Counted from the first letter of the stretch, positions 9,983-18,048 are shown. The stretch is 64,000 nucleotides of DNA from an uncultured Oscillospiraceae bacterium (GCA_964429705.1 CAYSDG010000002.1:5520-69519), one strand, 5' to 3'. A program made the numbers and translations. Notes: generated from the letters alone by a model not told the origin.

Positions 9983-10285
9983 TCAGGCGCGGCGCATCTC
10001 AGGCTCTTCCTGCCACAGCAGGCGGTCGGACACATAGCTGGTCAGCAGCAGGAAAAAGGCCGTCGGCCACAGCACGGACAAGGGGCCGCTGTATTGCCCC
10101 ACAGGGACGCCGCGGCATACCGTCAGGCGCAGCAGGCCATACAGCGCCAGCACCGCCGCGGACAGCTGCTGTGTCCGCAGGGCCAGAACTGTGTAAAGCT
10201 GGTCCCGGCGGCGGGAACGGCGGTTTTCCTCTAAGTAGGGGGTCAGGTCGATCACACGGGTCCTCTGCGTGGCGATGCGCTCCAT
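9983..10285 (-). CDS. Small hypothetical membrane protein (100 aa, two hydrophobic helices)
   Basis: Strong RBS AAAGGAGGA 6 nt upstream of ATG 10285. No recognisable family. Confidence 0.55.
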   Translation of the reverse strand: MERIATQRTRVIDLTPYLEENRRSRRRDQLYTVLALRTQQLSAAVLALYGLLRLTVCRGVPVGQYSGPLSVLWPTAFFLLLTSYVSDRLLWQEEPEMRRA

Positions 10286-10320
10286 AGGGCGTCCTCCTTT
10301 GGTGTTGGTTCTGACGATAT

Positions 10321-10387
10321 TATAATCGAATATCTGTACGAAAAACAGTACTGTCCCGATTTTTATTCGTACAAATTTTCGATTATA
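10321..10387. promoter_or_regulatory. Nested palindrome (operator candidate) in an AT-rich promoter region
   Basis: Arms TATAATCGAAtatctGTACGAA (10321-10342) and TTCGTACaaattTTCGATTATA (10366-10387) flank the perfect palindrome ACAGTACTGT (10345-10354). Confidence 0.4.
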
Positions 10388-10464
10388 GCTTTCAGATGCT
10401 TTATTCTAATCCACCAAAAGAGAAATTATACCTGCTGTATGCGCCCCCTCGCCAGGGCTGAACG

Positions 10465-10497
10465 CAAAAAACCCCCGCAGTCTTTCGACTGCGGGGG
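10465..10497 (-). terminator. Intrinsic terminator downstream of tRNA-Ser
   Basis: CCCCCGCAG-tcgaaaga-CTGCGGGGG followed by TTTTTT on the minus strand. Confidence 0.75.
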
Positions 10498-10499
10498 TA

Positions 10500-10591
10500 T
10501 GGCGGAGATGGAGAGATTCGAACTCTCGATACCCTTTTGGGGTATACACGATTTCCAATCGTGCGCGCTCGACCAGCTACGCGACATCTCC
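10500..10591 (-). tRNA. tRNA-Ser (anticodon GGA), CCA encoded
   Basis: Minus-strand cloverleaf GGAGATG...; anticodon stem-loop CACGA-TTGGAAA-TCGTG; long variable arm; T-arm GAGAGTTCGAATCTCTC; 3' end GCCA. Confidence 0.9.
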
Positions 10592-10646
10592 ACATAGTTG
10601 CTCGGCTCACAAAGCCTATTTAGTTGAACGCTCAACAGCAAGGATT

Positions 10647-10675
10647 AGTTTACACGCTTTTCCGTCAAAAGTCAA
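10647..10675 (-). promoter_or_regulatory. Sigma-70-type promoter for tRNA-Ser
   Basis: Minus strand reads TTGACT, a 17-nt spacer, then TAAACT. Confidence 0.5.
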
Positions 10676-10695
10676 TAGGTAATTTATCTTTTTTG

Positions 10696-10729
10696 AAAAA
10701 TTTTTAGACCCCGGCTTTTGCCGGGGTCT
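10696..10729 (-). terminator. Terminator-like hairpin after the small ORF
   Basis: AGACCCCGGC-aaaa-GCCGGGGTCT followed by an A/T run. Confidence 0.5.
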
Positions 10730-10745
10730 TCAGGCTGCGGACGGA

Positions 10746-10916
10746 CTAGCGATCCATGGTCCGCTGCACCGACGCGGCAGCGCTGTCCACCGCATCCGTG
10801 ACCGTCTGCATGGTCCGGCCCGCCCTGGTGCGCTTACCCTGAGCGGTGTGCAGCACCAGGTCCGCCGCTACACCAGCCACCACGCCCAGGGCCATGCCCT
10901 TGATGAATTCTGTCAT
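10746..10916 (-). CDS. Small protein (56 aa) with N-terminal hydrophobic helix, absent from the ORF track (below its length cutoff)
   Basis: Hand translation gives MTEFIKGMALGVVAGVAADLVLHTAQGKRTRAGRTMQTVTDAVDSAAASVQRTMDR. AGGAGGGGAA lies just upstream of the ATG and a hairpin follows the stop. Confidence 0.5.
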   Translation of the reverse strand: MTEFIKGMALGVVAGVAADLVLHTAQGKRTRAGRTMQTVTDAVDSAAASVQRTMDR

Positions 10917-11054
10917 GCACTTCCCCTCCTGTCTGCACTAGTATGGCCGACCGCAGGAAAAATACGCACGCCGGGTATCATTTCATTTGCCAAATGCTGA
11001 CGCGTCCTATATAATAGAAATATTATATACTATTTGAAGAAAGGGCGCTGCGCC

Positions 11055-12068
11055 ATGTCTACCAAAATTTACCTGATCCGCCACGCCGAGGCGGAGGGAA
11101 ACCTCTATCGGGTGGCCCACGGTCAGTACAACAGCACCATCACCCCCCGGGGCTATCAGCAGCTGCACCATCTGCGGGAGCGCTTCCGGGACATTCCCAT
11201 CGATGCGGTGTACGGCAGCGACCTGCTGCGGGCCCACACCACCGCCTCCGCCATCTATGTCCCCAAGGGGCTCTCCTTCCGCCCCATGCCCCTGCTGCGG
11301 GAGATCTGTCTGGGTATCTGGGAGCAGATGAGCTGGGGCGAGATCCTGCGGATGGACAGCGATATGTATGTCTACTTCAACAAGCGGCCCGACCTGTGGC
11401 ACGCCGAGGGCGCGGAGACCTTCGCCCAGGTCCGGGACCGGACGCTGGCGGGCATCCGTCAAATCGCGGCGGAGAACCCCGGCAAAACGGTAGCCGCCAC
11501 CAGCCACGGTGCCGCGCTGCGCACCCTGCTGGGTACTCTGCAGGGCATGAGTCTGGAGGAGCTGGGCGCCACCGGCCACGCTGACAACACCGCTGTCTCC
11601 CTGATCGAGGTGGAAGGCGACGATATCCGTGTCATCTTCCGGGATGACAACTCCCATGTCCCGCCGGAACTGTCCACCTTCCGCCGCCAGGGCTGGCACA
11701 AAAATGACGCTGCCACGGAGCCAGGACTCTGGTTCCAGACGGTCGGCGCGGACACCTCTGAAAAGGTGGTGACCGGTATGCTGGGCGAAGAGTCCGCCGG
11801 CCGCATAGTCTTCCGGCAGGACGGCGGTGCGCTGCGCATCACGGAGCTTTCGCTCCTCCCCGCCCTGCGTGGCCGCCGCTTCGGCGTACAGCTGCTGGGC
11901 CAGGCGGTACAGTATGCCCGCCGCCAGGGGCTGGAGGACCTGGTCCTCACCTGTCCGCAGGAGCTGGCCGGGTACTTTACGCAGTTTGGCTTTGTCAGGA
12001 CCGGCAGCAGCGCGGACAGCGCGGAGCTGAAGCTGGATCTGCGGCTGGTGATCCGGGAGATACCATAA
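11055..12068 (+). CDS. Histidine phosphatase (PGAM-like) fused to a C-terminal GNAT acetyltransferase domain
   Basis: IYLIRHAEAEGN (RHG catalytic motif) and TSHGAALR. The C-terminus carries the GNAT signature LRGRRFGVQLLGQAVQYARRQG. Confidence 0.8.
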   Translation: MSTKIYLIRHAEAEGNLYRVAHGQYNSTITPRGYQQLHHLRERFRDIPIDAVYGSDLLRAHTTASAIYVPKGLSFRPMPLLREICLGIWEQMSWGEILRMDSDMYVYFNKRPDLWHAEGAETFAQVRDRTLAGIRQIAAENPGKTVAATSHGAALRTLLGTLQGMSLEELGATGHADNTAVSLIEVEGDDIRVIFRDDNSHVPPELSTFRRQGWHKNDAATEPGLWFQTVGADTSEKVVTGMLGEESAGRIVFRQDGGALRITELSLLPALRGRRFGVQLLGQAVQYARRQGLEDLVLTCPQELAGYFTQFGFVRTGSSADSAELKLDLRLVIREIP

Positions 12069-12322
12069 GACCATCCCACTTCACTCGTATCCGATGAGGA
12101 ATTTTGTACCCCAGCGCATGTGACAATCCCGAGCCGCCGCGGTACGGTGTCAGACGTATCTCGCCCATCTTCACCTGCCGGCCCATGAACGCCGAGACAA
12201 ACAGACTTGTCAGATTTTGTCGCTGAATCGCATGGCAGCCCCCCATTTCGACAACTGTCCGTAATATCATATGCAATAACCCTATTTTGTAATCACTTTT
12301 ATCAGTGAAGAAAGAGAACACT

Positions 12323-14386
12323 ATGGATGTTTTAGATTTTCTCCCCGTCAGCAAGGAGGACATGGAAAACCGCGGCTGGTGGTACTATGATTTCCTGGTG
12401 GTCACCGCCGACGCCTACATCGACCACCCCAGCTTCGGCACCGCCATCATCGCCCGAGTGCTGGAAGCCGAGGGCTACCGGGTGGCCATTCTGGCGCAGC
12501 CCGACTGGCACAGCGCCGACGCCTTCCGCGCCATGGGCAAGCCCCGCTACGGCGTGATGATCGGCGGCGGCAACATCGACTCCATGGTGGCCCACTATAC
12601 CGCCGCCAAAAAGCGCCGCTCCACCGACGCCTACAGCCCCGGCAACAGGATGGGCCTGCGGCCTGACCGGCCCACCATCGTCTACGCCAACCGCGCCCGG
12701 GAGGCATTTCCCGATACCCCCATCATCATCGGCGGACTGGAGGCCAGTCTGCGCCGCTTCGCCCACTACGACTACTGGGACGACAAGGTCCGCCGCTCCA
12801 TCCTCTTTGATGCCCAGGCGGATCTGCTGGTCTACGGCATGGGTGAGCGGGCCGTCCGTGAGATCGCCCGGCGGCTGAGCCGGGGCGAGTCGGCGGACCA
12901 GCTCACCGACATCCGGGGCACCGCCTTCGCCGGCAAAAGCGGCGACTGCGCCTTCCCCCACGTCACCGTCCCCTCCTTTGAAAACGTGGTGGCAGACAAG
13001 CGCGACTACGCCGTAGCCACCAAGGTGGAATACGATGAGCACGACTGCATCCGCGGCAAGGCTATTCTGCAGCGCCACGGGGACCAGATCCTGGTGGTGA
13101 ATCCACCCCAGAAGCCTCTGAGCCGCCAGGAGCTGGACGAGGTAGCCGAGCTGCCCTATGCCCGGGAGGTCCACCCCATGTACGATGCTCTTGGCGGTGT
13201 GGCCGCCATCGAGGAGGTCCGCTTCTCTGTGGCCCACAACCGCGGCTGCTTCGGCGGGTGTAACTTCTGCTCCCTGGCCTTCCATCAGGGCCGGATGATC
13301 ACCTCCCGCAGCCACGAGAGCGTGATCCGGGAGGTGGAGGGCTTCACCCGCGACCCCCACTTCAAAGGCTATGTTCACGACGTGGGCGGCCCCAGTGCCA
13401 ACTTCCGCCACCCCAGCTGCCAGCAGCAGCTGAAAAACGGCATGTGCAAGAACCGCTCCTGCCTGGCCCCCACGCCCTGCAAGAATCTGGACCCCGACCA
13501 CAGCGACTATCTGGCTCTGCTGCGAAAGGTCCGGGCTGTCCCCGGGGTGAAGAAGGTCTTTATCCGCAGCGGCATCCGGTACGACTACATGCTATGCGAA
13601 AAGAACAGCGAATTCTTCTCCGATCTGGTGAAGTACCACATCTCCGGTCAGCTGAAGGTGGCCCCGGAGCACTGCTCCAGCCAGGTGCTGGACTACATGG
13701 GCAAGCCCCACTTCGATGTGTATGAAAAATTCCTGGACAAGTATTACCGCCTGAACCAGCGCTATGGGCTGGACCAGTATGTGGTGCCCTACCTCATGAG
13801 CAGTCACCCCGGCTGTACGCTGAACGACGCGGTGGACCTGGCGGTATTTCTGAACAAGACGGGCCGCCAGCCGGAGCAGGTCCAGGACTTCTACCCCACA
13901 CCCGGTACCCTCTCCACCTGCATGTGGTACACGGAGATCGACCCCCGGACCATGGAGCCGGTCTATGTGGCCAAGTCGCCCCATGACAAGGCCCTGCAGC
14001 GGGCGCTGCTGCAGTGGAAGCGGCCGGAGATGCGCCGTCTGGTCACTGAGGCTCTCCACCGGGCGGGCCGCACAGACCTGATCGGCTACAGCAAGGAGTG
14101 CCTGATCCGTCCTCTCCACAGCGGCGAACGGGCCGAGGGCCAGGACCGCAGCGGCAAGAGCAGCCCCAAGAGCGGCTCCCGGAGCAGTAAGGCTCCCGCC
14201 CGCGGCGGCAAGCCCACTGCCAAAGGCAGCAAAGCCGCGGAGGACACCCGCCGCACCGCCAAGGGGCGCGGCCAGGAGCGGGGCAAAACCGCCGCCAGAC
14301 CCGAAAAGCCTGCCCGCAAGCCCAACAGCCCCACCCACTCCAAACAGCAGCAGCGCAGCAAAGCCGCCAAGGATCGCCGCCGCTGA
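12323..14386 (+). CDS. ygiQ: YgiQ-family (UPF0313) radical SAM protein with a long Lys/Arg-rich C-terminal tail
   Basis: N-terminus YDFLVVTADAYIDHPSFGTAIIARVLEAEGYRVAILAQPDW and radical SAM motif GCFGGCNFCS. The last ~95 aa are basic and low-complexity. An alternative GTG start exists at 12305. Confidence 0.9.
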   Translation: MDVLDFLPVSKEDMENRGWWYYDFLVVTADAYIDHPSFGTAIIARVLEAEGYRVAILAQPDWHSADAFRAMGKPRYGVMIGGGNIDSMVAHYTAAKKRRSTDAYSPGNRMGLRPDRPTIVYANRAREAFPDTPIIIGGLEASLRRFAHYDYWDDKVRRSILFDAQADLLVYGMGERAVREIARRLSRGESADQLTDIRGTAFAGKSGDCAFPHVTVPSFENVVADKRDYAVATKVEYDEHDCIRGKAILQRHGDQILVVNPPQKPLSRQELDEVAELPYAREVHPMYDALGGVAAIEEVRFSVAHNRGCFGGCNFCSLAFHQGRMITSRSHESVIREVEGFTRDPHFKGYVHDVGGPSANFRHPSCQQQLKNGMCKNRSCLAPTPCKNLDPDHSDYLALLRKVRAVPGVKKVFIRSGIRYDYMLCEKNSEFFSDLVKYHISGQLKVAPEHCSSQVLDYMGKPHFDVYEKFLDKYYRLNQRYGLDQYVVPYLMSSHPGCTLNDAVDLAVFLNKTGRQPEQVQDFYPTPGTLSTCMWYTEIDPRTMEPVYVAKSPHDKALQRALLQWKRPEMRRLVTEALHRAGRTDLIGYSKECLIRPLHSGERAEGQDRSGKSSPKSGSRSSKAPARGGKPTAKGSKAAEDTRRTAKGRGQERGKTAARPEKPARKPNSPTHSKQQQRSKAAKDRRR

Positions 14387-14437
14387 ACGCCGCTTTCCCC
14401 GCACATAAATTTTTGCGTTTTAAAGTAACAAAGGGTC

Positions 14438-14466
14438 TTGACAAACCGAAAAAACGGGTGTAAAGT
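14438..14466 (+). promoter_or_regulatory. Promoter of T-box leader (copy A)
   Basis: TTGACA, 17-nt spacer, TAAAGT. Confidence 0.55.
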
Positions 14467-14472
14467 GCAAGC

Positions 14473-14765
14473 AAGTGAATAAGAAAAGCGATGACGAAGA
14501 CGGACGAGAAGGTTCTGCTCGCAGAGAGCCGGGGATGGTGGGATCCCGGCAGCAAGAGGTCTCAAGGTCCCATCCCTTCCGAGCTGGAGATCCAAACACC
14601 CATTCGGGCCAGTAGATGTCTCCCGTGACTGCCGCGTTAGCGCATAGGACTTGCTAGAGTCCGAGAGGGGTGTCCCTTGTGGGCGCAATTTGAGTGGTAC
14701 CGCGGGTACATAAAAGATTTTATGACTCGTCTCAAGAAGAAATTCTTGAGACGAGTTTTTCTTTT
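14473..14765 (+). promoter_or_regulatory. T-box riboswitch leader, copy A (inside the duplication)
   Basis: K-turn GCGATGAC.../...CGAGC, AG bulge AGAGAG, distal loop GATGGTGGGAT. T-box sequence AATTTGAGTGGTACCGCGGG at 14687-14706. Terminator ACTCGTCTCAAGAA/TTCTTGAGACGAGT plus T-run at 14725-14765. Confidence 0.85.
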
Positions 14766-14817
14766 CACTCAAAACAGTCTTTTCTCATTCGCCAGACTTT
14801 CTTACGGAGGTAACAAG

Positions 14818-15312
14818 ATGGATACCAAACATGTCAACAATCAACTGGCGGAGATCGCCTTCCGTATCCGCGAGATGCGGGACATCTGCGGCTTCACCAT
14901 GGCCGAAATGGCCCAGAAGACTGACACTACCCCGTCCGAGTACAAGACCTATGAGGCCGGGCAGGCAGATCTCCCCTTCTCCTTCCTGCACAAGTGCGCC
15001 CTGGCCTTCGGCATCGGCATCACAGCGGCGAACGGGCCGAGGGCCAGGACCGCAGCGGCAAGAGCAGCCCCAAGAGCGGCTCCCGGAGCAGTAAGGCTCC
15101 CGCCCGCGGCGGCAAGCCCACTGCCAAAGGCAGCAAAGCCGCGGAGGACACCCGCCGCACCGCCAAGGGGCGCGGCCAGGAGCGGGGCAAAACCGCCGCC
15201 AGACCCGAAAAGCCTGCCCGCAAGCCCAACAGCCCCACCCACTCCAAACAGCAGCAGCGCAGCAAAGCCGCCAAGGATCGCCGCCGCTGAACGCCGCTTT
15301 CCCCGCACATAA
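14818..15312 (+). pseudogene. Chimeric truncated ORF created by the duplication: first 69 aa (XRE HTH) of the downstream fusion gene joined out of frame to ygiQ 3' sequence
   Basis: Residues 1-69 are identical to the gene starting at 15722. After the junction at 15021 the frame reads an Ala/Pro/Arg-rich tail through duplicated ygiQ DNA. Confidence 0.7.
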
Positions 15313-15341
15313 ATTTTTGCGTTTTAAAGTAACAAAGGGTC

Positions 15342-15370
15342 TTGACAAACCGAAAAAACGGGTGTAAAGT
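15342..15370 (+). promoter_or_regulatory. Promoter of T-box leader (copy B)
   Basis: Identical to 14438-14466. Confidence 0.55.
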
Positions 15371-15376
15371 GCAAGC

Positions 15377-15669
15377 AAGTGAATAAGAAAAGCGATGACG
15401 AAGACGGACGAGAAGGTTCTGCTCGCAGAGAGCCGGGGATGGTGGGATCCCGGCAGCAAGAGGTCTCAAGGTCCCATCCCTTCCGAGCTGGAGATCCAAA
15501 CACCCATTCGGGCCAGTAGATGTCTCCCGTGACTGCCGCGTTAGCGCATAGGACTTGCTAGAGTCCGAGAGGGGTGTCCCTTGTGGGCGCAATTTGAGTG
15601 GTACCGCGGGTACATAAAAGATTTTATGACTCGTCTCAAGAAGAAATTCTTGAGACGAGTTTTTCTTTT
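15377..15669 (+). promoter_or_regulatory. T-box riboswitch leader, copy B (in front of the intact gene)
   Basis: Identical to copy A. T-box sequence at 15591-15610 and terminator at 15629-15669. Confidence 0.85.
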
Positions 15670-15721
15670 CACTCAAAACAGTCTTTTCTCATTCGCCAGA
15701 CTTTCTTACGGAGGTAACAAG

Positions 15722-17992
15722 ATGGATACCAAACATGTCAACAATCAACTGGCGGAGATCGCCTTCCGTATCCGCGAGATGCGGGACATCTGCGGCTTCA
15801 CCATGGCCGAAATGGCCCAGAAGACTGACACTACCCCGTCCGAGTACAAGACCTATGAGGCCGGGCAGGCAGATCTCCCCTTCTCCTTCCTGCACAAGTG
15901 CGCCCTGGCCTTCGGCATCGGCATCACCGATCTGCTGGAGGGCACCAGCGCCAAGCTGACCAGCTACACCGTCACCCGCAAGGGGCAGGGGCAGCAGACC
16001 GCCAAGGAGCCGGGCATCGAGATCAGCAACCTGGCCCCCCAGTTCCGCAACAAGCTGGCAGAACCCTACTATGTTACCTATGACTACGACGAGAGCCAGC
16101 AGCACATGCCCATCCATCTCACCACCCACTCCGGCCAGGAGTTCGACATCGTCCTTTCCGGTCAGCTGAAGGTCCAGGTGGGCAACAATGTGGAGATCCT
16201 CAGCGAGGGCGACAGCATCCTCTATAACTCCTCCACCCCCCACGGCATGATCGCCGTCGGCGGTGAGAAGTGTGTGTTCTGCGCTGTGGTCATCTCCGGC
16301 GAGAAGACCAGCGAGGCCACCGTCCGTGAAAACCTGGTGCAGGGCAGCCGCAGCGAAAAGTATGTCTGCAGCCCCTTCATCAACGCGGTGGAGGATGAGA
16401 AGGGCGTTTTGCAGTCCCTCACCTTCCCCAACGCCGACAAGTTCAACTTCGCCTTCGACTGTGTGGATGCCATCGCCGAGAAGTATCCCGAGAAGCTGGC
16501 CATGGTGCATCTGGACAAAAACAAGGTGGAGCGCCGCTTTACCTTTACCGATATGGCGCGGGAGTCCAGCCGTGCCGCCAACTACTTCAAGACCCTGGGC
16601 ATCAAAAAGGGCGACCGGGTGATGCTGGTGCTGAAGCGGCACTACCAGTTCTGGTTTGCCATCCTGGGGCTGCACAAGCTGGGGGCTATCGCCATCCCCG
16701 CCACCAATCAGCTCCAGGAGAAAGATTTCACCTACCGCTTCAACGCCGCTCAGGTCAGCGCCATCCTCTGCACTGCCGACGGAAATGTGGCCCGTCAGGT
16801 GGAGCTGGCGGAGAAGGACAGCCCCTCCCTGGTCACCAAGATCCTGGTGGGCGGCAGCCGGGATGGCTGGTATGACTTCGACCAGGAGGTACAGCGCTTC
16901 CGCAGCAAGTTCGACCGCACTGCCGATGCCCCCTGCGGCGAGGACCTGATGCTGATGTTCTTCACCAGCGGCACCACCGGCTATCCCAAGATCGCCGCCC
17001 ACAACTACAAGTACGCGCTGGGCCACTACATCACCGCCAAGTACTGGCACTGTGTCCATGCCGACGGCCTGCACTTCACCATCAGCGAGACCGGCTGGGG
17101 CAAGGCCCTGTGGGGCAAGCTGTACGGCCAGTGGCTGTGCGAGGGCGCTGTGTTCACCTATGATTTTGACCGCTTCGACGCCGCCGACATTCTCCCCATG
17201 TTCGCCCGCTACCACATCACCACCTTCTGTGCGCCTCCCACCATGTACCGGATGCTCATCAAGCAGGATCTCAGCAAGTATGACCTCAGCTCCATCCAGC
17301 ACGCCACCACCGCAGGTGAGGCCCTGAACCCCGAGGTCTTCCGCCAGTTCGAGGCACAGACCGGTCTGCAGATCTATGAGGGCTTCGGCCAGACCGAGAC
17401 CACCCTCACCGTGGGCAACCTCATCGGCAACAAGCAGAAGATTGGCTCCATGGGCAAGCCCATCCCCACCTACGACCTGGTCCTGGTGGACGGCGACGGC
17501 AACGAGGTCAAGCGCGGTGAAAACGGCGAGATCTGCATCCGTGTTCCCGAGGGCAACGCCCCCTGCGGCCTGTTCCACGGCTATTACCGGGACGAGGCCC
17601 AGACCCTGGAGGTCTACCACGACGGGCTCTATCACACCCGCGATGTGGCCTGGCAGGACGAGGACGGCTACCTCTGGTATGTGGGCCGGGCCGACGACGT
17701 GATCAAGTCCTCCGGCTACCGCATCGGGCCCTTCGAGATCGAATCCGTCATCATGGAGCTGCCCTATGTGCTGGAGTGCGGCGTCAGCGCCGCGCCGGAC
17801 GAGGTCCGCGGCCAGGTGGTCAAGGCCAGCATCGTGCTGGTCCCGGGTACCGAGGGCACGGACGAGCTGAAGAAGGAGATCCAGGAGTACGTCAAAAAGC
17901 GCACCGCCCCCTACAAGTACCCCCGTATCGTGGTCTTCCGGGACGAGCTGCCCAAGACCATCAGCGGCAAGATCCAGCGCAACAAGCTGTAA
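15722..17992 (+). CDS. XRE-HTH + cupin + AMP-forming acyl-CoA synthetase (medium/short-chain, ACSM/MbcS-like) fusion, paralog 1
   Basis: HTH in aa 1-70 and cupin (HSGQEFDIVLSGQLKVQVG...STPHGM). Adenylation motifs FFTSGTTGYPK, GFGQTET, YHTRDVAWQDEDGYLWYVGRADDVIKSSGYRIGPFEIES and PKTISGKIQRNKL. RBS GGAGG upstream of ATG 15722. Confidence 0.85.
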   Translation: MDTKHVNNQLAEIAFRIREMRDICGFTMAEMAQKTDTTPSEYKTYEAGQADLPFSFLHKCALAFGIGITDLLEGTSAKLTSYTVTRKGQGQQTAKEPGIEISNLAPQFRNKLAEPYYVTYDYDESQQHMPIHLTTHSGQEFDIVLSGQLKVQVGNNVEILSEGDSILYNSSTPHGMIAVGGEKCVFCAVVISGEKTSEATVRENLVQGSRSEKYVCSPFINAVEDEKGVLQSLTFPNADKFNFAFDCVDAIAEKYPEKLAMVHLDKNKVERRFTFTDMARESSRAANYFKTLGIKKGDRVMLVLKRHYQFWFAILGLHKLGAIAIPATNQLQEKDFTYRFNAAQVSAILCTADGNVARQVELAEKDSPSLVTKILVGGSRDGWYDFDQEVQRFRSKFDRTADAPCGEDLMLMFFTSGTTGYPKIAAHNYKYALGHYITAKYWHCVHADGLHFTISETGWGKALWGKLYGQWLCEGAVFTYDFDRFDAADILPMFARYHITTFCAPPTMYRMLIKQDLSKYDLSSIQHATTAGEALNPEVFRQFEAQTGLQIYEGFGQTETTLTVGNLIGNKQKIGSMGKPIPTYDLVLVDGDGNEVKRGENGEICIRVPEGNAPCGLFHGYYRDEAQTLEVYHDGLYHTRDVAWQDEDGYLWYVGRADDVIKSSGYRIGPFEIESVIMELPYVLECGVSAAPDEVRGQVVKASIVLVPGTEGTDELKKEIQEYVKKRTAPYKYPRIVVFRDELPKTISGKIQRNKL

Positions 17993-18000
17993 AGACCGCT

Positions 18001-18048
18001 CCACCCCGCAAAAGCGCATGCCGCACAGGCTGCGCTTTCGCGGGGTGG
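18001..18048 (+). terminator. Hairpin after paralog 1 (possible terminator, no clear T-run)
   Basis: CCACCCCGCAAAAGCGCA-loop-TGCGCTTTCGCGGGGTGG. Confidence 0.4.

Larger units (their letters stand above)
14117..15020 (+). repeat. Tandem duplication, copy 1 (904 bp)
   Basis: Appears base-for-base identical to 15021-15924. Overlapping track ORFs are offset by exactly 904 nt with identical translations. CAC microhomology sits at all three boundaries (14117, 15021, 15925). Confidence 0.9.
15021..15924 (+). repeat. Tandem duplication, copy 2 (904 bp)
   Basis: See copy 1. Confidence 0.9.

Noticed and set aside
14117-15924. The 904-bp repeat as an insertion sequence or other mobile element.
   Set aside because: It is a head-to-tail duplication of local sequence. 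There is no transposase, no terminal inverted repeats and no target-site duplication beyond the 3-bp CAC microhomology.
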